From an uncultured Verrucomicrobiota bacterium (GTDB taxonomy: Bacteria; Verrucomicrobiota; Verrucomicrobiia; Limisphaerales; J093): a stretch of DNA of 64,000 bases. The stretch is from the NCBI GenBank assembly GCA_964466945.1, contig CAYXPA010000009.1, positions 37-64,036 of the forward strand, given 5' to 3'. The notes under the pieces were generated by a model that was given only the letters and a program-made list of their open reading frames with translations, ran no database searches and was not told the DNA's origin. A program made the translations under genes and the position numbers. This document shows, piece after piece, positions 9,271-18,041 of this stretch (its first letter is position 1; each line of letters opens with the position of its first letter).

Positions 9271-9381
9271 TCCGGAGAACAAGCGGCGGATGCAGTCGGG
9301 CCGCGTCCCGGCTGCCGCCGCGCGCGTTACGTTTGGGGTTGAAGGCGGCGCTGGAGGGTCGGCAATATCTCCCCATCACAC

Positions 9382-10257
9382 GTGGCCGCACCGAGCACCA
9401 GCGCCGCCGCGGGCGGGTTGACCGACGCCCTGAAGTCCGCGCTGCTCACCCTGCTGGCGGATGACGACCCGGCCGTGTCCGGCGCGGCCCGGGCGCGCAT
9501 CCTTTCCGAAGGCTTGGAGGCCCAGACCTGGCTGCGGCCGCACCTGCACAGCAGCGAACCAGCCCTTCGACGGCGCGTCGCCGAAATCCTCGACACCCTC
9601 GAGCGCCAGCGGGCGGACACCGAGTTTCTGGCCTTTTGCCTGCGGCACGGCGAGGAATGCGACCTCGAGACGGGCGTGTGGTTGCTGGCGCGCACCCAAT
9701 ACCCGGACATCAATGTCGCCGGTTACCAGGCCTGGCTGGACAGCATCGCCGCGGACATCCGCGAGCGCCTGGGCGACACCGGCCCTTCGCTCCGGTGTCT
9801 GGCGGTGCTCAACGACCATCTCTTCAACGAGCTGGGGTTCCGGGGCAACGAACGGGAGTTTTACGACCCGCAGAACAGCTACCTCAACCGGGTGCTGGAC
9901 CGGCGCACCGGCAATCCCATCTGCCTGTGCATTCTGTACTGGCTGCTGGCCCGCCGCCTCCGCCTGCCGGTGGTGGGGGTGGCCTTGCCGCGGCACTTTG
10001 TCTGCCGCTTCCAAACGCCCACAGACACGGTCTTCGTGGACGTGTTCCGGCGCGGCAAGCTGCTGACCCGTGCGGACTGCATCCGCTTCTTGCAACAGAT
10101 CGGCCAGGGGTTCCAAGAGAGTTACCTGGCGCCCACCACGGCCGGCCGCACGCTGCTGCGCCTGTGCGCGAACCTGCACCAGATTTACCACGAGCTGCAC
10201 CGGCGCGAGGACGAGGCGCGCTTTCAGCGGTACGTGGTGGCGCTGGCCCGGCACTGA
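9382..10257 (+). CDS. SirB1/YchA-like transglutaminase-fold plus TPR protein
   Basis: 291 aa with a GTG start. Blocks FYDPQNSYLNRVLDRRTGNPICLCILY and LPRHFVCRF are typical of the UPF0162/SirB1 family. Confidence 0.72.
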   Translation: MAAPSTSAAAGGLTDALKSALLTLLADDDPAVSGAARARILSEGLEAQTWLRPHLHSSEPALRRRVAEILDTLERQRADTEFLAFCLRHGEECDLETGVWLLARTQYPDINVAGYQAWLDSIAADIRERLGDTGPSLRCLAVLNDHLFNELGFRGNEREFYDPQNSYLNRVLDRRTGNPICLCILYWLLARRLRLPVVGVALPRHFVCRFQTPTDTVFVDVFRRGKLLTRADCIRFLQQIGQGFQESYLAPTTAGRTLLRLCANLHQIYHELHRREDEARFQRYVVALARH

Positions 10258-10307
10258 AGGGCCCTCCCGCCGTCCCGGCGGCCCGAGCGTTCCGAGCAGC
10301 CGCGGCC

Positions 10308-10348
10308 CCAAAGCAAAGCGCCGGCCGCCACGACGAAGCAGCCGGCCC
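10308..10348 (-). terminator. Putative intrinsic terminator of tsf
   Basis: Read on the minus strand: GCCGGCTGC-ttcgtcgtg-GCGGCCGGC (9-bp stem with one mismatch) followed by the T-rich GCTTTGCTTTGG. It lies about 25 nt after the tsf stop. Confidence 0.4.
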
Positions 10349-10370
10349 AGCTCCGGGAAAAATCCTCCGT

Positions 10371-11225
10371 TCAGGCGGCCCCGGGCAGGCTTTCGCCCAC
10401 CTGGAAGCGGACGAAGCGCCGCACGGTGATTTCGTCGCCGAGCTGCCGGCCCATGTTGGCCAGGTGCTCGCGCACGGTGATCTCGGCATTGCGCTTCACG
10501 TAGCCCTGATCCAGCAGGCAGACGGTCTGGTAAAACTTCTCGAGCTTGCCCTCGATGATCTTGGCCAGGGCCTGGGGCGGCTTGTTTTTGAGCGCGTCCG
10601 AGTTGGCCACCACGTCCCGCTCGCGCGCGACCAGCGCCGGGTCGAGCTGCTCGCGGCTGACGGCCAGCGGGCTGGCGGCGGCGATCTGCAGGGTGATGTC
10701 CTTGACCAGCTGCTTGAAGTCCTCCGTGGCCACGGTGGCCTCCCGGCCGGCCCCCACTTCCACCAGCACGCCCACCTTGGCCCCGGTGTGGATGTAGGCG
10801 GCGATGAGGCCGTTGCCGCTCAACTCGTAGCGCTGGTGCCGGGCGATGCGGATGTTTTCGCGGATGCGGCTGACGGCGTCGGTGCGCAACGGCTCGAGGT
10901 CCGCGGTCGGGTTCTCCGCCAGCGTGCGAGCCACCTGGTCGCAAAAGGCGCGGAACAGGTCGTTCTTGGCCACGAAGTCGGTTTCGCAGTTGACCTCGAC
11001 CAGCACGCCCACACGCGAGCCGGGCAGGATGTGCTGGGCGATGACGCCCTCGCGGGCTTCGCGGGCAGACTTTTTGGCGGCGGTGGCCACGCCGCGTTTG
11101 CGCAAGAGGTCCACGGCGGCCTCGAGGTTGCCGGCGGTTTCGACCAGCGCCTTTTTGCAATCCATCATGCCGGCGTTGGTCATCTCGCGCAGCTTGGCGA
11201 CGAGTTGGGGGGTGATGTCAGGCAT
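10371..11225 (-). CDS. tsf: Translation elongation factor Ts
   Basis: 284 aa. The N-terminal UBA-like block LVAKLREMTNAGMMDCKKAL is diagnostic. It lies downstream of rpsB as usual. Confidence 0.96.
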   Translation of the reverse strand: MPDITPQLVAKLREMTNAGMMDCKKALVETAGNLEAAVDLLRKRGVATAAKKSAREAREGVIAQHILPGSRVGVLVEVNCETDFVAKNDLFRAFCDQVARTLAENPTADLEPLRTDAVSRIRENIRIARHQRYELSGNGLIAAYIHTGAKVGVLVEVGAGREATVATEDFKQLVKDITLQIAAASPLAVSREQLDPALVARERDVVANSDALKNKPPQALAKIIEGKLEKFYQTVCLLDQGYVKRNAEITVREHLANMGRQLGDEITVRRFVRFQVGESLPGAA

Positions 11226-11298
11226 AGCGATTCAGCAGTGGTTTGTTTACGGGTCCCGGCGGGGCGGTACGGAAAGTGTCCGGCGGTGCGCGACGCGC

Positions 11299-12105
11299 TC
11301 AGGCGACCGGCACCGGGGGCGGTTCCACCACGGCCAGGGGCGCGGCAGCGGGCGGCGTCTCCAGGGCGGGCGCCGGCGGGGCGGGGGCCTCCGCGGCCGG
11401 CGGCCGGGCAAAGCGCGCCTCGTGCTCGGCGCGGGCCTGGTTGATGGTCTGCACGACCACGCTGAGGATCAGGCGCACCGAGCGGATGGCGTCGTCGTTG
11501 CCGGCGATGGGGTAATCCACTTGGTTCGGGTCGCAGTTGGTGTCCACGATGGCCACGATGGGAATTTTCAGGCGGCGCGCCTCGGCGACGGCGTTTTTTT
11601 CGCGCTTGATGTCCACCACGAACAGGGCGGCGGGCAGCTTGTCCATGGTGCGGATGCCCTCGAGGTTTTTGAGCAAGCGGGCCATTTCGCGGCGCAGGAC
11701 GGACTGCTCCTGTTTGACGTACTGGTTGATGGAGCCGTCGGCCTCCATTTTTTCGATTTCCTTCAAGCGGGCCAGGGAGCGCTTGAGGGTTTTCATGTTG
11801 GTGAGCGTGCCGCCGAGCCAGCGCTGGATGACGTAAGGCTGGCCGCAGGCCAGCGCCGCCTCCTTCACCGCGGCCTGGGCCTGCTTTTTGGTGCCCACGA
11901 ACAGAATCTGGCCGCCGTCCGCCGCGGCGCCGCGCAGGAAGGCACACGCCGCCTCGAGCTGGGCCAGCGTCTGGCTCAGGTCAATGATGTGGATGCCGTT
12001 GCGGGCGTCGAAGATGAACGGCTTCATTGCCGGATTCCACCGGCGCGTCTGGTGGCCGAAATGAACCCCCGCCTCGAGCAGCTCTTTGATACCGATGTTG
12101 ATCAC
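11299..12105 (-). CDS. rpsB: 30S ribosomal protein S2
   Basis: 268 aa with [17 protein letters not shown] and DTNCDP blocks and an Ala/Pro-rich C-terminal tail. Confidence 0.96.
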   Translation of the reverse strand: MINIGIKELLEAGVHFGHQTRRWNPAMKPFIFDARNGIHIIDLSQTLAQLEAACAFLRGAAADGGQILFVGTKKQAQAAVKEAALACGQPYVIQRWLGGTLTNMKTLKRSLARLKEIEKMEADGSINQYVKQEQSVLRREMARLLKNLEGIRTMDKLPAALFVVDIKREKNAVAEARRLKIPIVAIVDTNCDPNQVDYPIAGNDDAIRSVRLILSVVVQTINQARAEHEARFARPPAAEAPAPPAPALETPPAAAPLAVVEPPPVPVA

Positions 12106-12340
12106 GATTTCCTTTGGTGGTCAGCGCGCCCGTCGCCGGGCCCGCCATCCCGCGGAACACGGGATTGCTGTTGTTGTTGTTGTGGCCGGCCGCCTCCACC
12201 CGGAGGCCGCACTGTTGAAGGCCGTTGCACTGCCGCGTTGCGCGCACCGCGCGAAACGCGAACGCCCACGCTAGCAAACGCAGGCCACCCCGCAACCGCA
12301 AATTGTCGCGCCCGGACCCGGGCTCCGGGGCGGTTAAAGT

Positions 12341-15300
12341 TTAGAAATTCAGCCGCAGGCTCACGGCCAGGGTGCGTTCGCGGGGAATCCAGGTCCAGGG
12401 ATTCAACGGATTGAGGCGGTAGTCGCGGTCGGTGAGGTTCAGCAGCGCCAGACTCAGTTCGGCGCGGCGGCGCGGGAAACGCCAACCGACCCGGACGTGG
12501 TGCTGCCAGAAATCGGCGTCGGCGGGGTCCGGGGTGTAACCCGTGTTTTCCTGGCGGCGCCAAACCGATTCCCATCCCGCAAACAAGCCCGCGGGGTGCT
12601 GGTAGTTCAGGGTCAGGCCCACTTCGTGGAGCTGGGCCGCCACGTCTTGCTCCAGGGCGTCCAGGTGGAGGGCGGTGCGGGGCAGGTCCGGGAAACGGGA
12701 GGTCAGGGCGTCCCGGGTTAGCCGGTAGCGCGCGCCGAGCGCGAGCCCGTCGCCCAGCAGGTGCACCGCGTAAGCGCCCAGGTTTGCCTCGTCCAGGTCC
12801 AGCGACTGGGGCGTGGACGTGGCCGTGTCCGGCACGGGCAGAAACCCGGAGTGGGTCAGCGCGCCCGCCACGCGCTCGCCCGCCGAGCGTCGCCATTCCG
12901 CCGAAAGCCCCACCCAGGTGCGATGCCGCCAAGACTGATCAAAGGCCAGGCCGGCCACTTCGAACTCGGCCCCGGGCACCAGTCCCACCACCGACTCGGG
13001 CAAGAGGCTGCGCCAGGCCTGCACGAAGCCCACCACCTGGGTTGGCTCCAGCCGCACGCTCTGGTCGAAAAACAACCCGCCCAGCGAGCGCGTATAGGCC
13101 GCCCGGAACACCCCCTCCCGCCACGGAGTCCACACCAGGCCGGCCTTGGGCGCCCAAAGGTCGCGCGTCGTTTCCCCGGCAGTCAGCGGGACCAGTTCCG
13201 TGTTACGCGGAAAGGTCACGCGGTCGTAGCTCACGCCGGCCGTCACGCGCAACGGGTCGGCCACGCGCCACTGGCCGTAGGCGTAAGCCGTGGCGCGCGC
13301 GAGGTCGGCGTCCAGGTGCTGATCACTCACCACGCCGGTGAGGGCGCGTTCGAGCGTGGCCGCGGTGGCCACTTCGCCGGCCTGGAAGCGGCCGCCGACC
13401 ACTCCGCTCAGGGGTTCGCCCTGCCAGAGCTGCTGCAGTTCACCCGAGTAGAGCGTGAAGTCGCTTTGTTGGCGCCGGGCAAAGCCCGGTTCGTCAGTGG
13501 ACACCTGGACAATCTCGTCGCCGCGCCGGCGCAGAAAAAGGACCTGTTGCTGTTCGTTGGCCAGTTCCAGGGAATCGTCGAGGCGTGAAAACAGGGCCAG
13601 CGTGTGGCTGGACGCCGACCAGCTTCGGTGCCAGCCGACCCAAAGGTTCGGCGATTGCGTCTCGGTCAGGTGCAGGGTGGGATTGGCCCGGGCGGGGTCG
13701 TCATACCGTGCAACATCGCCGGCGCGGCCCTCACTGAAGGCCACTTGGAGGTAAAGTTCGTCCCCGGCCGTGACGCGTTGTTTGATTTGGGTCGAGACGT
13801 CCGTGCGCTCGCGCCAGGCGTTGGGGGCCTCGCCGTTCAAGCGGTCATGGGCGAAGTCCACCGCGTAACTGAAGCCGTCCAGCGTCCCGAAGACCGCGGC
13901 ACGGTGCCGCCAGTCACCCCGGGTGCGGTACTCCGTGACGCTGCCCAGCCCGAAAGGGCGTGGTTCCAGGAATTGCAGGAACTCCTGCTGGGCGAGCCCC
14001 TGGGAGAGGTTGCCCGCGCCGGCGGGGGCGAGCAGGTTGGCCAGCAACAGCTCGCTCTGGCGCGCGGCTTCGTAGCGCAGGTCGAGGCGGTTCGGGTCTT
14101 CGAGGGCGCGGAAACTATCCGCCAACATCAGGTGGGCGGCGGCGTTGGCGTAGTCCTCTCCCACGGCGCGGGCGGCGGCGCGCCGGGCGGCCTCGGGCAG
14201 GCCGGCCTCTTGGTAAAGGGCGGCCTGGTGGGCGCTGCGCACCGCGCGGTCGCGGTCCAGCGCGGCGCGCGCGCGGAAGAGTTGCCGGTGGTCGTTGCGG
14301 GCGGCGGACTCTTCCAGGTCGCGGACCGCCGCGTTCGGGCGAAAGGTTTGGTGATGGTGAAGGGCCGAGTACAACCACGGGGTGGGATCGTTGGGGTCCA
14401 GGCGACGGGCCAGGTCCAGTTCCTTTTCGGCGAGGCGGAATTCACCGCGCTGGCTCCAAAGTTTGCCCAGGTAGGCGCGGTAGAGGGCGCGTTGCGGTTC
14501 GAGGGCGGCGGCGGTTTGCAGGGCCTGGCGGGCGGCTTCGGGTTGGCCCAGCCGCCACAAGGCCAGGCCGCGCCCCAGCCAGGCACTACCCAGCGCGGCG
14601 TCCGTGGCCAGGGCGGCGTCGAAGGCCGCGAGCGCCTCGCGCACGCGGTGCTCGTCCAGCCGGAGAAATCCCTCGAGGGCGCGCGCCGGGGCCAGGCGGG
14701 GCGCCAAGGCAAGGGCGCGGTCCAGGGCGGCGCGGGCTTCGCGGCGGTGTTCGAGCATCCACTCCAACTCGGCCACGCGGGCATGGGCGTAACCCAGGTC
14801 GGGGGCAAGCCGCGCCGCCTGCCGGGCTGCGGTCAAGGCTTCCTCCAGCGCCAGGCGTGCCTGGGCGGTGTAGGAACGAGCCAGCCATTCCGAGGCGGTG
14901 CGGGGCGGCCGGGCTCCAGCCGGGGGCGCGGGGGAGAAGGGGCGGCAGACCACGTCGAGCAGTTCTTGCAACGCGCGGGCGGCCGCCGTGTCTGGCGGGG
15001 TATGTTGGAGGGTTGTTTCGGCCGTTTGGATTTGCCCCGCCGCCACGGCGACCGCCGCGCGAAAGAGTTCCCGGGCCGGCCCGCCGGGGGGGATTTGCTG
15101 CATTAAAGCGTGCGCGCCCAGCGGGTCCCCGGCCCGATAGGTGTCCAGAGCTTCCCGGAGGACGGCCAGGTCGGAGGCTTCCCAGGCCAGGTCTTCGGGG
15201 GCCAGGACTGCCGGATAATAGAGCGCCCATTGGATGTCCCGGCGCGTCGAGATCAGCGCGCACTTGCGCGGGGGTTGACCGGGCTCGACCAGGGCTTCTT

Positions 15301-15907
15301 CGCCGCTTTCCAGTTCGATGGCGCCGGTGCGCGCGCTCAGGTGGACCCGTCCGTCCAGCAGTGCCAGGCGAGTGATCGGAGGCGCGGTGGTGGATTCGAG
15401 CACGAACTCGGTGCCGCGAATGGCGCCGGAGGTCAACGGCGTCTGGAATTCGGTGGTGGCGGGCCGCTCGCGGTTGAAGAAGAAGAGCCGGCCGCCGGGC
15501 AGGCCAAAGCGCCGCGCGTCCGTGCCGGCCGGGGGCAAAATCTCCAAGGTGGTCTCGGCATCCAGCCGCAGGATGCTGCGGTCGGAGAACTGCACGGCGG
15601 CGCGGCTGGCCGGGCCGGTGCGGAGTCGGCTTCCCGGCCGCAGCAAGGCGCCCACGGTGGCGGGCTGCCAGGGGGCGGCTTCGGAAGGCATCCAGGTTAC
15701 TTGTCCGGCCGCTTCGATCAGCGTGCTGACCGCGGAAGCCGAGGGGTCCGGTTCGGCCGCCAGGGCGAGTGCGCCCAGGCAGATGCCGAGCCAGAGGCCT
15801 GCGGGCCCCGCCCTTCGGGCCGCCCGAAGCGCGCGCCGTCCCGCAGACACTGGTCCACCGGGAGCCGGACAGGGCGACTGAAGGTCAGGGCGGGCCCAGG
15901 GAATCAT
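12341..15907 (-). CDS. Exported FecR-like domain / TPR-repeat / C-terminal outer-membrane beta-barrel fusion protein (1188 aa)
   Basis: ATG at 15905-15907 precedes a signal peptide (LWLGICLGALALAAEP). FecR-like block (AVQFSDRSILRLDAETTLEI...IRGTEFVL). About 350 aa of TPR-type Ala/Leu/Arg repeats. The last roughly 550 aa have alternating beta-strand character, a LNLTDRDYRLNP block like TonB-dependent receptors, and a terminal LRLNF (aromatic C-terminal residue typical of OM barrels). Confidence 0.8.
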   Translation of the reverse strand: MIPWARPDLQSPCPAPGGPVSAGRRALRAARRAGPAGLWLGICLGALALAAEPDPSASAVSTLIEAAGQVTWMPSEAAPWQPATVGALLRPGSRLRTGPASRAAVQFSDRSILRLDAETTLEILPPAGTDARRFGLPGGRLFFFNRERPATTEFQTPLTSGAIRGTEFVLESTTAPPITRLALLDGRVHLSARTGAIELESGEEALVEPGQPPRKCALISTRRDIQWALYYPAVLAPEDLAWEASDLAVLREALDTYRAGDPLGAHALMQQIPPGGPARELFRAAVAVAAGQIQTAETTLQHTPPDTAAARALQELLDVVCRPFSPAPPAGARPPRTASEWLARSYTAQARLALEEALTAARQAARLAPDLGYAHARVAELEWMLEHRREARAALDRALALAPRLAPARALEGFLRLDEHRVREALAAFDAALATDAALGSAWLGRGLALWRLGQPEAARQALQTAAALEPQRALYRAYLGKLWSQRGEFRLAEKELDLARRLDPNDPTPWLYSALHHHQTFRPNAAVRDLEESAARNDHRQLFRARAALDRDRAVRSAHQAALYQEAGLPEAARRAAARAVGEDYANAAAHLMLADSFRALEDPNRLDLRYEAARQSELLLANLLAPAGAGNLSQGLAQQEFLQFLEPRPFGLGSVTEYRTRGDWRHRAAVFGTLDGFSYAVDFAHDRLNGEAPNAWRERTDVSTQIKQRVTAGDELYLQVAFSEGRAGDVARYDDPARANPTLHLTETQSPNLWVGWHRSWSASSHTLALFSRLDDSLELANEQQQVLFLRRRGDEIVQVSTDEPGFARRQQSDFTLYSGELQQLWQGEPLSGVVGGRFQAGEVATAATLERALTGVVSDQHLDADLARATAYAYGQWRVADPLRVTAGVSYDRVTFPRNTELVPLTAGETTRDLWAPKAGLVWTPWREGVFRAAYTRSLGGLFFDQSVRLEPTQVVGFVQAWRSLLPESVVGLVPGAEFEVAGLAFDQSWRHRTWVGLSAEWRRSAGERVAGALTHSGFLPVPDTATSTPQSLDLDEANLGAYAVHLLGDGLALGARYRLTRDALTSRFPDLPRTALHLDALEQDVAAQLHEVGLTLNYQHPAGLFAGWESVWRRQENTGYTPDPADADFWQHHVRVGWRFPRRRAELSLALLNLTDRDYRLNPLNPWTWIPRERTLAVSLRLNF

Positions 15908-16231
15908 GTGGGAGCCGGGGTTGTCCCACCCGCGGGAGCATTGCCTCCGAGCGGGCGTGCCCGCGGATGTTCGCCGTTTCTTCCAGGTCGGCAAGTCCGC
16001 GGCGGGATTCCGCCCCGGAACCGGCCATCCGGCAACTTGGAAGATGAGGCCCAGCATGTGAGTTTGGAGGCGGAAGGTTTCGCTCCGGCGGGTCCCGGCC
16101 GGGGACAACCCGAACCCGGACCGGGAACACCGCCGGAGCCACCGTTTTACGGTGCAGGGCGGGCTAGCAGCCCAAAACCGTACCCTTTATTTTGCACGAG
16201 GTTCATGGTCGTCTCTGGGCTGGACTGCTCA

Positions 16232-17716
16232 TCAATCAGGGTCCCCGTTGTGACCCGAGTGGTCCGCGCTGCGGCCGGACTCATCGTGGTCACCGTCGTC
16301 ATCGGAGCCGCTGTCCTGACTGCTGCGGTCGTCACCGTCGGGGTCGCTGTCCTGGCCCGAGGGATCGTCGCTTTCACCGTCGTGGCCGGAGGCGTCGTCG
16401 CCATCGGAGTCACCGTCGTGACCGGGTTGGTCGTCACCGTCGTTGTCGCTGTCCTGGCCTGAGGGATCGTCGCTGTCGCCGTCGTGACCAGAGGCGTCGT
16501 CGCCGTCGGAGTCACTGTCGTGGCCGGATTGATCGTCACCGTCGTTGTCGCTGTCCTGGCCCGAGGGATCGTCGCTTTCACCGTCGTGGCCGGAGGCGTC
16601 GTCGCCATCGGAGTCACTGTCGTGGCCGGATTGGTCGTCACCGTCGTTGTCTCTGTCGTGACCGGATTGGTCGTCGCTGTCGCCGTCATCTGACGGGTTA
16701 TCGTCGGGTGCTGCGCCGCCGGGCTGAAGCCCCACGGCGCTAAATCCGCCGCGGTCAACATCCTTGAGGACGTTGTTTTTGAATTCCCGCCGCACGAAGG
16801 TGCCCTGGGCGCCGTTGGCAAAGGTCAGATCGTACTCGTCCCATTGGCCAACCTTGAAGCCGACCACCAACCGCGCGGTGTTGGTGCCGGTGAGGGTGTA
16901 TTCGTAGGTGAAGCGATGGCTGTCGTCCCCGGGTTCGTTGTCTTCGTACTCGATTCCCTCGGTGGCGGTGGTGAAGTGGAGTCGCTCGGGATCGTCCCCG
17001 GCTTGGAAGGCATAGGCCAGGCCGGTAAGCGCGGTGGGGACCGGGAGGTCCGCGCCCGGTGTGGTGCTGCCATCACCGCCGCCCGGATTGCCGGGCGAGC
17101 CGCCGTTCACCACGTGGAAGGTCCCGGTGTCCCGGTCGGTCACCTGACCCTTGCGGATTTCCTCCCGGGCCCAGGTGCCCAGCCCGGGCGAGGTAAAGGA
17201 CAGGGTCAGCACCTGGGACTCGTGGTCGGCGAAATTCAGCTCCAAGCGCACCTGGTTCAATCCCGGCCGGCTGAAGGTGTAGGTGAAGGGGTCCGGGGTG
17301 GGACCGCTTTCCTCACCGGTCGAGTCGGTCAGGAAACGCAGCAGGTCATGGCCCGGGGTGTCGTCCAGTTGGAGCGTCAGCCCGGTCATGGTCCAGGGCG
17401 CCAGGTCGTTGGTGGGCGCGGTTTGGATTTGCAGGCGGTAGTTGCCGTAGCTGACCTCGCCGCCATTGCGGGTGGAGAAGACCTGCGTGACCTTGTTTCC
17501 CAGGGCAAACACCGGTTGCCCGATGTTGACCCAGTCCACCAGGTTCGAGGAGCCCTGCAGGAGGTAAACCTGCCCGGGCACGGTGTCGAATTCCACCTCA
17601 ATGGCGGTGTAGATTTTCAGCGCCGAAGGTTGTTGCGCCTGTCCGATCGGGATCGGTCCAAGGAGCAGTCCCAATCCCAGCGGCAGGAGGTGATGAGTGA
17701 GGGTTTGGAGTTTCAT
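16232..17716 (-). CDS. Secreted protein of unknown function with a C-terminal Asp/Ser/Gly/His-rich tandem-repeat tail (494 aa)
   Basis: ATG at 17714-17716 gives the signal peptide MKLQTLTHHLLPLGLGLLLGPIPIGQAQQ. Beta-rich N-terminal domains. The last roughly 150 aa are repeats of DQSGHDSDSDGDDASGHDGESDDPSGQDSDNDGD. Confidence 0.75.
   Translation of the reverse strand: MKLQTLTHHLLPLGLGLLLGPIPIGQAQQPSALKIYTAIEVEFDTVPGQVYLLQGSSNLVDWVNIGQPVFALGNKVTQVFSTRNGGEVSYGNYRLQIQTAPTNDLAPWTMTGLTLQLDDTPGHDLLRFLTDSTGEESGPTPDPFTYTFSRPGLNQVRLELNFADHESQVLTLSFTSPGLGTWAREEIRKGQVTDRDTGTFHVVNGGSPGNPGGGDGSTTPGADLPVPTALTGLAYAFQAGDDPERLHFTTATEGIEYEDNEPGDDSHRFTYEYTLTGTNTARLVVGFKVGQWDEYDLTFANGAQGTFVRREFKNNVLKDVDRGGFSAVGLQPGGAAPDDNPSDDGDSDDQSGHDRDNDGDDQSGHDSDSDGDDASGHDGESDDPSGQDSDNDGDDQSGHDSDSDGDDASGHDGDSDDPSGQDSDNDGDDQPGHDGDSDGDDASGHDGESDDPSGQDSDPDGDDRSSQDSGSDDDGDHDESGRSADHSGHNGDPD
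16343..16648 (-). repeat. Three exact-period 102-bp tandem repeats (coding) with partial copies on both flanks
   Basis: Units start at 16343, 16445 and 16547, each beginning GTCGCTGTCCTGGCC. Units 1 and 3 are nearly identical and unit 2 differs at several positions. Degenerate copies extend to about 16290 and 16690. Confidence 0.9.
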
Positions 17717-17784
17717 GGTGCGTTGTGCTTCTCTGTGGTTTGTTCGATTCATTCTGTCGTTGTGCACGAACGTAACCAGGCCTG

Positions 17785-17800
17785 AGCAGCCGGCCTGCCA
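17785..17800 (-). promoter_or_regulatory. Sigma-54-type -24/-12 promoter upstream of the acidic-repeat protein gene
   Basis: The minus strand reads TGGCAG-GCCGG-CTGCT, with GG and GC at consensus spacing. It sits about 70 nt upstream of the ATG at 17716. Confidence 0.5.
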
Positions 17801-17884
17801 AGGCGAAAAAGTGCTGAATTGGCGAGGTTTTTTCCCGCTTGGGCGCCTCGTTTCCACGCGGTCCGTGCCGGAGGCGGAACACCC

Positions 17885-17902
17885 GGTTCCACAGACGGAA
17901 CA
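17885..17902 (-). promoter_or_regulatory. Candidate enhancer (UAS) dyad GGTTCC-N6-GGAACA
   Basis: Imperfect inverted repeat of the same type as the two dyads at 20234-20281. Its centre is about 95 nt upstream of the -24 element at 17785-17800. An overlapping GGAAC-N5-GTTCC lies at 17876-17890. Confidence 0.45.
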
Positions 17903-18041
17903 CCGACGGGGTCTCTCAACGGGATTGGACCGAACACCTCGGGGCGGGCACCGGTAGAACGGCCCGAGGGTACGTCGCCATCGGGCCAGCGGGGTTTCCA
18001 TTCCCGGGGGCAGGGCGGCGCACACCGACCCGGCCGGCCGC

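Noticed and set aside
7540-9282. 580-aa minus-strand ORF
   Set aside because: It is antisense to the Tat-signal gene. It has no signal or domain features and its Arg/Gly/Ala/His-rich composition contrasts with the balanced composition of the plus-strand product.
9376-12414. 594-aa minus-strand, 602-aa plus-strand and 522-aa plus-strand ORFs spanning the SirB1-like, tsf and rpsB genes
   Set aside because: They overlap highly conserved translation genes in other frames or on the other strand. The translations are Arg/Pro/Gly-rich.
16147-16821. Thr/Pro/Ala-rich 224-aa minus-strand ORF and Arg/His- or Val-rich plus-strand ORFs across the 102-bp repeats
   Set aside because: These frames are open only because the GAC/GTC-rich repeat lacks stop codons. 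Only the Asp/Ser/Gly/His frame is continuous with the signal-peptide-bearing N-terminal domains.
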